DNA of 64,000 nucleotides, taken from assembly GCA_949358305.1 (NCBI GenBank), contig OX442314.1, positions 23,188,001-23,252,000 on the forward strand, in the 5' to 3' direction. Of this stretch, positions 44,821 to 58,144 are shown piece by piece. How positions within the stretch are numbered: the stretch's first letter is position 1; every line of letters begins with the position of its first letter. Source of the stretch: Strigamia acuminata (taxonomy: Eukaryota). The translations under genes were made by a program, and so were the position numbers. The notes beneath the pieces are model-generated. The model made no database searches. It was given only the letters and a program-made list of their open reading frames with translations, and was not told the origin of the DNA.

Positions 44821-47800
44821 TTAGTTGCTATGGTTTCCTGAATCGTCCGGGACTTCTATCGATTGTGATTCTTCGGTTTTAAGTTTTTCGCACGAACTCA
44901 AAATCTCGCAAGATGCTAACGACCGCAAGGCTTCGGCACGTTGCCCGGGTGACATTTGCTGCATGATATGAACGAGACTATCCAAAGCCACGTCTGGATT
45001 TTCAGTCAAAACACTAAAAAAAAAATGTGAAAATAAATTTTTAAAATAAATTCTAAATTTAAAAAACAATAAACAAAATACCGATGAACAGAATACAACG
45101 CCGCATCTCGTTTTAGGCACTTAATGTTGTCCTTAATGACCGAATGCGTTGTATTTTCATCAGTTTCATGCAACAGCCATTCAACAACGACCTTATTATC
45201 TTCCCACAAATAGCCCTGTGTTAATAAAAATAAAATCAATTAAAAAAAAAAAACACCAAATAAACAACAAAACCAATTAAATAACCTCGACAGTTCCCTT
45301 GACTTCGACAAACCACCGTCTCAACATCGACTCGATTTGTCCGTCGCTCAATTCAGTTTTGATTTTCAAAATTTCCTGTTTGATTTTATGAGTCAAAATG
45401 AGGCGATAAAGTCGCCAATACAAAATGGTTCTTGAATTTTTCCACACAACTATGTCTTGAATGACCCCTTTCTCCTGCATTCTGACCGGCGTGTCGTGCA
45501 TGTCGGCAAAACTCAAAGCTACTTGCAAGTACATCGGTAACAACATTTTTTCACGCTCCGTGATCTGTTTTTCCAGATCCGTTTTCTGTACCGCGGACAA
45601 CTCGGGGTCGCTGCATCGTTCCCGTAGTTCTTGACACATTGAATCGTTACGGTGAATCGCTTTCAATAAATCACGTGCACGAAACTTGATTTCAACGATG
45701 CCTTCCGGTTCCAGAATTCCACCCCTTTAAAAAAAATATATATATATATATATAAATAAAAAAATTAAAAATTAGAAATTAAAATTAAATTAATTAGAAA
45801 CCAATTAAAATACCTGCTAAGTGGATCCGCATACATTTCCATGTGTTGTAAATTTATAGTGGGGTCAATCACCGCCCATGCTCCACCCCGTAATTCGGCG
45901 TACGGTGGAATATAAATCAAAATCGGTTGGTTATATTCACGAATACTGTCAACGATGTACGCCCCAAACTTGATGATTTGGTCGTACATATCTAAAAGTA
46001 AAAGAAAAATCAACAAACATTGCAATTTTAACATATTATGCGACGAATTGCATCGTATTAATGTCAAATAACGATGTAAAGCATCGTATTTGTGGCAATT
46101 AAAAGAAAAATGAATGAAAACATTCATTTACTACACTAATATAAAAAAAAATAACATTTTATGCCATTTTTGGATCACATTGCTCGAAAATACAGTATTT
46201 AAAATGATAAAAACCTTTCATTCCTCCCGAGAAACCACGCCAATTAGCAAATATAATCAAAGGCAAATCCTCTCGGTTAAAGTCTTTAATAGCTTGCGCC
46301 GTTTTGTATGCCGAATCCGGAAACCACACCTGGCCCGCTTGAGACATCACCTAAAAGAATAAAATAAAAAAAATTAAAAATTAAACTCTGATCAACTAAT
46401 TTGATAATCAAAAAAATACAAATCCATATACTTTAGCCTCCGAATCGAGATTAGCAGGATCGGCAGGAACCTCCACTTCAACCGTCCTCGTTTCCACAGC
46501 AACAACGCCCACAGGAATACCTCCCAAGCGAGCTCTGCCAACCACCACAGTCTGAGCCCACGGTCGCATCACCTCCGTAAACGACCCGTCATCAAAGAAA
46601 CCCGATTCCCAAACATCGGAATTCACTAAAAACAACATCCATTAATGCAAACAACCAACATCGCCCTTTAAAGGAATACTTTTACTTGGACTAGGTCGCC
46701 CTTCGAGCATCCAGCGTGGATCGTAAGCGGATTTTGTCGGCATGAATTGGATCTCGCGATCCACCGGATCCATTGGGATTTGAATGGGCAAAGGCGAGCC
46801 ACGAGATTTCGGAACGTACGACAACCATTTCAATATAGCGGTGATGCCTTCTAGGTCGTTGGCCACGCTCACGTGAGTCACTCCGTTGTAATACATGATC
46901 TGAACGCCACCCAACTGGTTGTTTGACGTGTACACTTCACGTCCCAACAGCTAAAATCAAAGAAAAACAAATTAGTCAAAAAATTACTTCGATTCCAGTC
47001 GATTGAATTACTTTATTCAATGCACTCGATCCCGTTAAAATGATGTGCGAATTCTCGACTTGAATTACACGCTGTCCTAACCGAACCAAGTAAGCGCCGA
47101 TTCCAATCGCACGACACGTGACCATGCTTATTGTCACTATCTCGTTGTACGCTTGGGACGTTTCTCCCGCAATCATGGCGGAACAGCGTAAATTTTCCAC
47201 TCCTATTCCATCATCCTTCCCTATAAATAAATTAATTAATTAATACCGCGATACGCCGAACTCCGTAACAAACTACGAACCAATTATGTCGGTGATTTTG
47301 TACCGCGATTCTCCTTCGTCTTCTATGAGTTCGGCGTGAACCGAATTGAAAGGACTCAGCTTTTTGAAGGTTTCCGGGGTCAAATATAAATATTTGAATC
47401 CCTTATCAGGTTCTGTCGGGTCTTCCCACGCGACTCTAAACAGCTGTTTCACTTCCTCCGCGAGCCCGATTCGAGCGCCGCTGTTCGCCGACACGAAAAT
47501 GCGAGGAATTTTCAATTTCCTCGCAAATTCAGACGCTTTCAAGAACAAGAAATCTTCTTGGGGCCCGAACGATCCAATTTGGAAGGTGATATCGTTACAA
47601 ATGATGATGATATCACGTCCAGTTACGTATTCCGGGGTGTAAATAGTCACTTTCCAAGCAACCATGCCAATCTACGAGATTAAAAACGATGAATTTATAC
47701 ACGGAGTAAATCATTTGTGTCGCAACGTACTGTATTTTGACCCGGCAACCGTTTTTGTTCGACGAGCAATCCCTGAAGATCCAAAACAAGCTCTACGACC

Positions 47801-50800
47801 GTCGCAACTTGGGGCGGCATAGGCACGAAAGGGTGAGTGGCTAAGTGAGTTTCCCAACACCGATGTAACGCTTGTCGAAGCATTTCTGGGAAATCGTACA
47901 CGTATGTAGTTCCTAAAGATTGAGCTTGGAACCGTTTTTGTTGCAAGAAGTCTTTCGTCATGTAAGGAGTGCTGATTGGAAGACCGTGAAGTGGCCCTTG
48001 TTTGGTGCCCCATGCTTCAAATTGGATCTATGTAATAAATTATTACTATTATAATTTTATTTTGTAAATTTTATTTTTGTTTTTTTTAACCAATCCTGTT
48101 CGTGCATCCGTGAATTCTTTGTACACGCTGATGTCTAGATAATATCCGCTTTCGTTGGCAACAAATAATCGAATAGTAAATGGTTTACCAGTAGTTGTCA
48201 ACCTAAAAACAATAATAATCATAATTAACATTATAATAATTTGAAAACGAAAAATAAAGCAGAAATAAATACTTAATCGTCATTTTCAGCTCAGCTTGCG
48301 TTACTCTAAGTTTCCACAATCGTGGCCCGTAACGCAAAACCATAGAACGAACACTTTCCTCAATTTTTGTAGGATCCATTATCACATTGGGAACGAAGTT
48401 TAGAAAAATATGATTACAATCCGTGCTTTTAGACTAAAAAAAAAAACAAAAAACAAACAATGTATAAAATAAAACACGAATTGAGTGAAGTTTTTACGTG
48501 AGGATGAGAGAAAGCAACTTCCAATTCATCCATTGCTTCGAGGAGAAGCCGTTCTCCCTCGTTTTGCATGTACTCGAACGAAGCTTCTTTAGTAATCAAA
48601 TCCGAGTGTCGGATAATCGATCGGATAAAAAACCGATAATCACTCACTTCTGAATTCTTAGAGCCCTATTTGAAAAAAAAAATAATTAATTTAATTCATT
48701 AAAAAATAATTCTCGACAATTATCATAAATAACCTTTGCTTTCCCTAAATACAAGTGCATTTTTTGATTAGAAGTTGCAAGAGCCTCTAAATCGTAATTT
48801 CGTAATCGAGTAATCTCTAATTGAAAAGCAAGGCCAGGTTCCAAATGTCTATAAATTCGATCCTCTTCAAAATTATCTCGTGCCCGATATGTAAAATATC
48901 TTGGAAAATGTTGCTACAAACAAACAAAAATTAAATTAAAAAAAAAATAACTATATTAAAATTCCATCATTAATTCATTACTCTATGCAGAGCCATGAAA
49001 GTGAGTCGGCGCATATTCTTTTCAATTAATTCGTCTTTCTGCTGCACGCAAAACTCCCTGAATTTTGCACTTAGAGTATTATCATCTTCATCGTCTTCAC
49101 GAGGTAGAGTTATATTCATGATATGCATCGGTTCAGTTGGCTAGAATAAATTAAAAACCACAAATTTAATTCACATCAAATTTAATGTTGCGAAAAATCT
49201 ACCTTCCCTGCATCTTCGTCACTAAAAGTAGACGAACTAAGCCTATCCCGCGGGCTCATTTCGTTATCTAAGCGAGGACTGCCGGGTGGGGAATCACCGA
49301 ATAGTTCCAACAGCTGCGGGAAACAAGCGACGAAATCGTCAAAATGCTTGAAAGCTGCAATTGCTCCCATTCTTTGGCAATCTTCGATCGTCGAGTAATC
49401 TGTGCCACCGTCTTTGCTTTCTTCGACGTCCTTGCTCAGCGTGGTGAGCATAAGCTTATTGTGTGACACTCGGAGGGGACTTTAGAAGAAAAAAAATGTT
49501 AAAATTATGAATTCAGAAATCTGAGTGATCAAATTACCGGTTTGGATGAGAGGAAGGCAAAAGAAATTGAAATTGAACCACTGAAAGTCCGGGTGGTAAA
49601 ACAAGATGTTGCACGCAGGTGAGTTCGTAAGAAATATACGCGCGACGAACGTAAACCTGCAAATAAAATAAAAAATTTAATTAGAGAAAAATCTAATCAT
49701 TTAAACTTAATTAATTTACCTCCAATGCCGCTCTACAAACAACGGGATTTGTGTGATTAAAGAAATCGTGCAAAACGTCATAAATGGACGTTTCGGAAAG
49801 GATGAGTTTCTAAGAAATCAAAAACAATAAATTTGTTTAATTCTTTTTTTTAAAATTTAAACTTCTAAAATGTTGAATCACCTGTAAATTTTCTGGACAG
49901 AAATCATGTCCGTACATGTCAATAGCGGAAAGAAAAATCGACTCCATTTGGTTGTGCCGCAACTCATACGCAGGTTGATGCGCCGCTATCAAAACCTGAA
50001 ATTAAAAAAATTATTAAAACTCAATAAAACTCGAGCAAAAACATCTTCGTTTTACCTGTCTCGCCCTTAAAGCCACTTTTGAGTGTTCAACCTTATTCAA
50101 CAATGTGAGATCATTCAAAATTAATGCCAATTCGTCCGTCAAACCGGGTTCGTGACCGCACAAATGATCCTAAAACAAAACCAAAAAAAAAAAAATCAAT
50201 TTACAAAAAAAAAAAACTATAAGCAATGAATTTACAATTAAATGAATAACGATAGCATTTTTCTTAGCAACTTGCGAATGCGAAAAAATATTAGAAACAA
50301 CAGTAGCCATATCATCCTTGTAAGTTTCTCTCAAAAGAGAAACGCATTTGTCGTAATGGCCTTGCTGGAATCTAATCTCCACATTCAGATATTGCCGCAG
50401 CAGTTCTTGGACAACAGCCTTCATCCGTCCTCGAATCCCATTCCGATATCTAAAAAAATAAACGTAAAGACATAAATACTAAACAATCATCGCCCAAATG
50501 TTGCGCTACCTTTGAACGAGTTGCACAATGGCCTGAGTAGTCATAAAGAACACGTCCCGATCAGTTCGCTTCTGAAGTGTAGCTGCATGACTATCAATCA
50601 CACTTGCAATCTGTTGACTAGGAAACTGAGCCAACACTGATGTGATGTTACTGGCGTACAACGACATAAGTTTCCTGATTTTCTTTTCTACGTGCACTGG
50701 AATGCGGCCCGAAATGGATGATATAATCTCTTGCAGTTCCAGAAGAGGCAAGTTTGGATCACGCAATGTGCGCATGAAACGGTCCACGGTTTCTTTCATT

Positions 50801-53800
50801 TTTGGTACGAAATAAGGATCGGGCAAGCAGTAGCCTTGCAACATAAATTCCAATATTTGCCGCATCATTTGAAAAATTTGATTGAGTTTGTCGCCGTGCA
50901 CCGTGGGCGCATCCGTCTCCGAAAATTTTCCAGTGTAATAAGGAGCCTTCAAGTAAATTGAAACAATTTTTAAAAATAAATTGACATTAAATTTGATATT
51001 TACTTGTAAGCAGCGCGAATTGTCGTCCATTTCTAGATTTGCTATCAGACTTCCGGCTTCCAACACAGCGCCCGGGCGCTTAATAAAACGAATGCTACAA
51101 AACATTTCAAACGTCTTAATATGCGATTTAAAATAAAAATAAAATTTTTACCATCCGCTTTCGGTCACAGAAAGTGTCATAACCATTTTCATAACTTCAA
51201 TTTCGGCATAACTTTGGCCTGCGTAAACTTGGGCACCTTCCTCGATCAAATATCCAAGTAATTTACCAGCAGATGGAGATCTAATCAATAAATTGCATCA
51301 AAATCGGAAAAATTGATTAAAACAATTGTGAAATTATACCTAAGCAGAGATGGGTCGTTATCTTTCTCAAAAACACACGTCTGATTGCCAATAACTATTC
51401 GATATCGATCAACTTCCTCCTTCATGTAAGTTGTGTAGCTGCTTCCATCGATCGACAGTAACAAACCCCCATCAGTTAATCGATGAACTTCAGCTTCTTT
51501 ATACGAATTATTCATGCTTAGGAAGTAATTGCTCGGTCCGGTCTTTGTCGCCTGAATTTTGTATTTAAGTCCTTCGTAAATCAATTCAACGTCAACCATA
51601 TTGAACAGCGAATTTGCCGGCAATATTTGTCCTCTAAAAAACGCAACAAAATGTCATCAAACGATAAATTTATAACACCAAACAAATTTTACCTTTCTAA
51701 AGTACTTTGAAACGTTTGAAACGCATTCACGATAGCTTGATCCGCAACTTGAAGCGCCCCACACGTCACACTCAGCATTCCTTCAGGTTTTCCAGACTTC
51801 ACTCTATCTGCAATTAGCACGTCCAGCCATCCAGTGTTGATATTGTTTTGCTGAAAAGTTTCGTTCTCCAACAAAGTCACCAAATATTCCACGGTGGTTC
51901 GGAAATCTCCGCGAATGGACAACTCTTTAAGAGCGATAACTAGATTTCTATAAATAAAAAACGAATAAAAAATAAATCAAACAATAACAATTTCCCCAAC
52001 AACTCACTCTCTCGCATCTTCCCTGTCTTCGCCCCACGAAAAACAATGACCAAATTGCGAATCCGCGAATTCGTGCAAGCCACCCGAAGCGGCCACGCTG
52101 AAGTATCCCCACACATTTTTATTACTTCGAAAATTCAATTCCTGCACAGTTCCCGAACTCGGTTTAAAACCTAAAGCAACAAAAAAAAAATTTATCACAA
52201 ATTAAATAAAATTAAAAAAACAATTATTTACCTTCATCGGGATTTTCACTCGTAATTCGAGCAGCAATTACGTGACCCCACGGCCTGGGTTTGTGAGGTG
52301 GGTTTTCAAAATCGATGGGATTGTCGGTCCAAGGCGATTCCCCATACAACAAACGAATATCCTTAATTCGGTGCAAAGGAATGCCCATTGCGATCTAAAA
52401 AAAAAAAATAAACAGTTAAAAACAAATAAAAATTAATCAATTAAAAAATACTTGAAGTTGCGCAGCGGGTAAATTGACATCAGCTATCATTTCCGTACAC
52501 GGATGCTCAACTTGCAATCTCGGATTCAGCTCCAGAAAAGCGTAATTTCCGTCTTCGTTATACAAGTACTCGACCGTGCCTGCGCTAACGTAACCGACCA
52601 TTTTGGCTAACCGAACAGCAGCCTTAATAAAAATAAAATGATTTTAGAAAACAACACAAACAAATAAATAAATTTAAAATACTTTTTCCATCTGCTCAAA
52701 CACTTCCTGATTAGCTATAACGCAAGGCGCCTCTTCGATGATCTTTTGATGGCGCCGCTGAATGGAGCAATCTCTGCCGAACAATGAAATGGCATTGCCG
52801 TACTGATCGGCAAGGAGCTGAACTTCCAAATGACGGGCGCTAACTGCCATTTGCATCACAAATATGGGTGAACCAGGCACTTCGGCTTGTACTTGACGAA
52901 AAGCTGTTGAAAACTCGTCGACATTTTCAGCTTTACGGATTCCTTTACCGCCTCCCCCTTCGGACGCCTTTACCATCACTGGAAACCCGATTGTCTGAGC
53001 TGCCTAAAAGAGAAAAATTAAATAAAAATCGAGTTTCAGATTTTTTTTTAAAAATCGCTAATACCTGCAGCCCTTCTTCGACGGTTTCTGTGCAACCTTT
53101 GCGATATAAATCTTGAGGTATTTTAAGTTTCCGTGAGCTGTGTAAGTCGTGTTCGGTCCAATCTGCCTTCAAACCTTGAAAAAAAAATTTTGTTTTGGTT
53201 TAATTAATTGCAAGTTAATATTATTTAAATATTATTTCAATTTTACCAGAACCACTCCAAGGCAGTGTGGGAATTTCAGCTGTTTGAGCAACGATCGAAG
53301 AAGCAATTTTGTCCCCGAGAGCCCACATTGCTTTCTCCGGAGGACCTGTAACCGAATTATTACACTCACATTAGCACAAATAAATAATTCCCGAATTGAT
53401 TACACGTACCAATAAATGCTATATTGTTTATATGGAGTAAATGAGGCAATTTAGGATTTTCGGAGGCGTGACCCCAACCGGCCCAAACGGCCTAAAAAAA
53501 ATATAAAAATAAAAAATAAATTTTTATTTAAAAATTTGTAATTTTTTTTTATACCTGCACTTTCATTCGTCTAGCAATATCCAAAATAACTTCGCAATTT
53601 GCATAATTATTATTATTCGAACCCCCAGCAACAGGCACGTAATGATCGGCCATTTTGATATATTCTAAAAATAAAAATAAATTATGAAACAGATTTTAAT
53701 TTTATTCTAGCAGATATTAATAGATATCACCAGCATTCGCTTTCAAGTCTTCCGGGGTGACCATAACGACAAAACGAATGGCTTTCTCATTTTTAAACAT

Positions 53801-55615
53801 CTCATAGGCCCATCTGCGAATTGACCGCATGCATTTAACAGCAGCGATGCCATTATTCGCAATTAAAACCTAAAAATAAAATTTCAAAAATTTCAAAAAT
53901 TAATACAAATTAATACAAATCAATAAATCTCCACCCAAAACCATAATTTTATGTAATTACTTTATTGATCACTAATTTTCCACCGAATCTTTTAACAAAC
54001 TCTTCAGGTGTCGCTACACTAAAATCCTTCTGCTCTCCCAATCGCTTCTGATGAAGTAACGTTCCAGTTGACATGCTGGGTCTTAAAACATTGAAATAAA
54101 AATAATATAAATATATATATATGAAAAAAAAATAATATCTAAAAATAAGATAAGATTAAAAAATAACTTTTTCCACGGACAGTTAAATCATTTCCAGTTG
54201 ACGACGGAAAACGAGATTAAAAAGAAAAGTAAAAATAAAAACACAAACTCGTGAACTCATCCCGACACTGATATGACGTCATAACGTCACCCGATGCAAG
54301 AAATCAATTTACCTGAGAAAGGTTTTTTCAAAATATCCTTCTACAAATGGGAAAACGGGATTCATCTTGTGGAAAATAGCTCTACTCTAATGTCACACAG
54401 ATTACACCAACTGTGGAATTTGACCCACACTGACCCGACAGTCCTACACTCAAAGTTCGGGTCAGCAAAATTCAAAAATCAAAATAAAATCCCAAAAATC
54501 TCTCGTAACAAACAAATATGTCTACAATCTATCTGTCATTTATTTCTCTACTCTACTTCTTACGTCAATCAATACAGAAAGCCTAAATAAAGCTCAGAGT
54601 GTCTTCTACTCGTTCATGACACCACATCAATTACCCTACACACCACGTAACGCATCACATACACACACACGTGCAAGCTGTCGGTTGCTACGGATACGTG
54701 TTGCCATCTAGCGCCACTTAACCAAATCTCAAACAAATTTTGGATTTAATCTTTTCCGGATATATTTTGATAAAATAAAATGAAGGAAGAAACCAGTAGT
54801 TGAATCTGTGAAATTAAAACCCCGAAGTTGTTGTCTTCGGACGGTGAAATCTCTAAAATGGCCACCATTGGGAACGGTCTGCGCGGAAAAACGCTTTTAC
54901 GTGAAAATGGTTTAATTTTCCAATTTATTAGGAAATGATTTAAGATGTTTTGTGATTAGAAATTTTAATTCAGTTGAAGACGTTTCAGGTAAATAGTTTT
55001 TAGTGGCTTTTCACTACGATACGTGAGAAAGTAAACGCAACAATCACGATTTCGGGTTTTAGCACTACCCGAATTCTCAAGTCATTTTTGCAATGGAAAA
55101 TAAATATATTTAAATTGTTCGGTATTTACCGTAATTGACGTCTTTTGTCTTTCCACATTGTAGGAGAACCCTTCAGTTGGTAAGTTGACTCGTCTCGAAA
55201 ACTGTCCGTTTGATCCCCATCTTCTTCACCAACACAAAAATTGACAGCTTCCGTCACGGTTAAGCTTTGCAGAAAAATGAAAAAATAAATTCAAATAATC
55301 GTGATTGACGCTTATTGTTCAGCACATAATAGCTATGTAGATAAGATGTTTTGAGAATATTTTTTTTACACCTGTTACTCAAATATTTCAAGGTGAAGTG
55401 AACTCGGATTCGTGCATCCGCTAATGGCATGCAAAAAATTAGATCACAATTAAGAGCGAGATAAAATAATTGCTTTTTTTTAAATCCGAAATTTAAAATC
55501 TATTTTTAATTTTAATTTTAATTTTTGCAAAATAAAGTGAATAAATACACTAATTTTACCTTGGAATTTCATTTTTGTTTGCGGAAGCTTCGCTCGAAGC
55601 GCCGTTGTCGGTCAT
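44821..55615 (-). CDS. ACC: Acetyl-CoA carboxylase
   Basis: RPSMS (AMPK site), [51 protein letters not shown] (biotin site), [29 protein letters not shown]; many short introns. Confidence 0.98.
54313..54365 (-). other. Alternative ACC first coding exon ([18 protein letters not shown])
   Basis: ATG at 54365; CTCAG|gtaaat phase-2 donor matches the phase of the common exon starting at 54082. Confidence 0.6.
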
Positions 55616-55740
55616 GTTTTCAGTCGTTCTGTCGTTTCTATCGAAATGAAAATATTGATTGATGAGATGTTGTAATTGAAAAGAAAACGACTTTTATAGA
55701 AGAAATAAAAGAAAAATCAATCATTATTAATATTAAATAC

Positions 55741-55799
55741 CATGTGATCGAAACGTGCAAATGCGGTTTTCGGCTTCGAAAACATGTTTATCACGTGAG
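55741..55799. promoter_or_regulatory. ACC upstream E-box cluster: ChoRE-like CATGTG-N5-AACGTG and ATCACGTGA
   Basis: Motifs 130-185 bp upstream of the ATG at 55615. Confidence 0.4.
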
Positions 55800-56590
55800 A
55801 GATTACAGAGATTTAACGAACCAAACGAGCAGATCGTGATTTGTGAAATAAAAGAGTTTTTGATCACTTTTAGATGTGATAGCATAGTTAGATAATCATT
55901 ATATTACAGGAAATTTAATAAAAAATAAAAAAATGTCTGAAAATTCGGTTATCAGTCAAGTCCAGAAATAAAAATACTTGATAAGTATTAATAAATGTAA
56001 TGATTGCTTGAAAACCTATTGAACGCTTAATAAATCAAGATGAAGATTAAATAAAAAGGAATTTTGTTACCAACTTTTCGGATGACTTCTGTCGCTTGCT
56101 GGACTGAAAAAAATCCACACATTTGCGCACAATCATAGCTAAATTATTAAAGGAAATAAATATTTTTTATGAAACTATAAAGAAAGTATTGGTACAAATT
56201 ATGACGAAATATTACCAGAACAAACGAGAGAAACAGGTGTGCTTTCTTTTGTGTTTTACAATAATAAAAAAAGTAATAATAAAAATGCATTGTATTATGC
56301 ATAACGGGAAAATTGTCTGGAATAATTTGCGGTCAGATTTTTTTTTCCCAAAATAAAAAAATAAAATAATAATATCCGTACAAAATGTGTATAAACTCAT
56401 ACTTAATGAGTTATAGTTGATTCAAACAAAGAAATTAACGTTAGGGGCAAATAAAGTATTTTTCACTTTACATTTTCGTAAAAAAAAATAAATCAATGAA
56501 ACTTCAAGCAATAAACATATTTTTATTATTTTCTTTTATTTCTGCTAAAGTCATCAAAGTATCCTTAGACAAACATGTTGCTCCAAAACA

Positions 56591-56604
56591 CCACTAGATG
56601 GCAC
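56591..56604 (+). promoter_or_regulatory. CTCF-like motif CCACTAGATGGCAC upstream of SAMTOR
   Basis: Close match to the CCACYAGRKGGC core. Confidence 0.45.
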
Positions 56605-56713
56605 CGTGATACTAAACCAAGTTTTTAAGCACCGGTTTTGGTTAGTTTTATACGGTAGTATTGGTTTATTTTCCAAAGGAGGGGTGCCCTTCAACAGCCG
56701 AAGCCTAAATATT

Positions 56714-58061
56714 ATGGCGCAAAACGAGACGGAGATAGCCAGGAAGAAATATCATCAATATTTGGTCTCAGTTATTCAAAATTGGCATAAAACAATCCGA
56801 CGAAAATGCATTCGATCAGGCAAGTACATAATCTGTGATGGAACTTCGAAAATATGTAAATAGTGCAAGTAATATCTTTTTCGTTTGTAGAAAATCCAGA
56901 CGAAGCTTGGCTCGAATGTTGTCAAAACACCGAACAATTACAAATTTATTCGAAAACTATGCACCAATTAGCCACACAAATATGGGAAGCAAATAATTCT
57001 TTTACTCGAATCGACTGGTGCAATAAAATTGCAATGTGAGAACAATTTAGTGAAAGAAAAATAAATATTTTTAATGTTTGATTAGTTAATGAAAGTTTAA
57101 AACAAAAAATCAACTAACTAAACTTATATTTTGAACATATTTTACTGATTATAATATTTTTTTTACGTGTTTCTAGGAATTATTTTCGACAAGGGAAAAT
57201 AAAGGAAATTTTGTCTAAAGAAAGACAACTTTGTACCGAATGTAATTTATTTACATCAAATTCGACGCCACTTTTTCTGCTTGATGTTGGAAGTTGCTAC
57301 AATGCGTTTGATAGACATAAAAATAACTATCACATTTTATCTTTGGATTTATGTCCCGCAACGAAAGTAAGCAAAAAATTCATCCAATTGAATTGTAATT
57401 TTCTTTTATATATTTTTATATTTAATTCGTAGGATGTTCGCGAATGTGATTTTACAAAATTGATTATTACGAGTGATGAAATCGATCAAAACACTTATTT
57501 CACTTCGTTACCCCTCAAAATAACGCATTTGAACAAAGAAACGTTTTCGATCGTCGTTTTTTCGCTTTTATTGGAATATTTACCAACTCCCAGGTTCAAA
57601 AAATATATTTAAAAATCACCATATTTTTTATCATTTTAATTTATTTAATATTTTTGTTAAATTTTAGACATCGCTGGATATCTTGTGAAAAAGCATATCG
57701 TTTAATCAAACCGGAAGGTTTGCTGCTTATTGTTACGCCGGATTCGAAACATCAAAACCGGAATGCGGCTATGATAAAAAGCTGGAAAATTGCGCTGCAG
57801 CACGTGGGATTCGTTCGAACAAATTACGAGAAGTTGCAGCACTTGCACTGCATGGCGTTTCGGAAGAGACATTTATGCGAAACTTGTGTCTGGAAAAAGA
57901 AAATTGAACGTCCAGACGGGGCTGAGGAACTGCAGAATATGATTTATATTCCTCAGGATTATCAAGACCCTGATGTCGATGAATTTCCAGTTAGTGATGG
58001 TGTTAGAGATGACGATGAAGGATTGAGACGAGGATTTTTGCAGTTACCGTTTAATGTGTAA
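56714..58061 (+). CDS. BMT2: SAMTOR/BMT2 (C7orf60) SAM sensor homologue
   Basis: RIDWC, LLDVGSCYNAF, LDLCPA, ECDF, VVFSLLLEYLP, GLLLIVTPDSKHQNRNAAMIKSWK, YEKLQHLHCMAFRK, IYIPQD. Confidence 0.92.
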
Positions 58062-58144
58062 TTGATTGTGATAAGTGGATGTTTAAAATTGAAATGTGTG
58101 GGAATTAAATTGATTTTTACACATTTCTGAATTATTTAAGTGGG

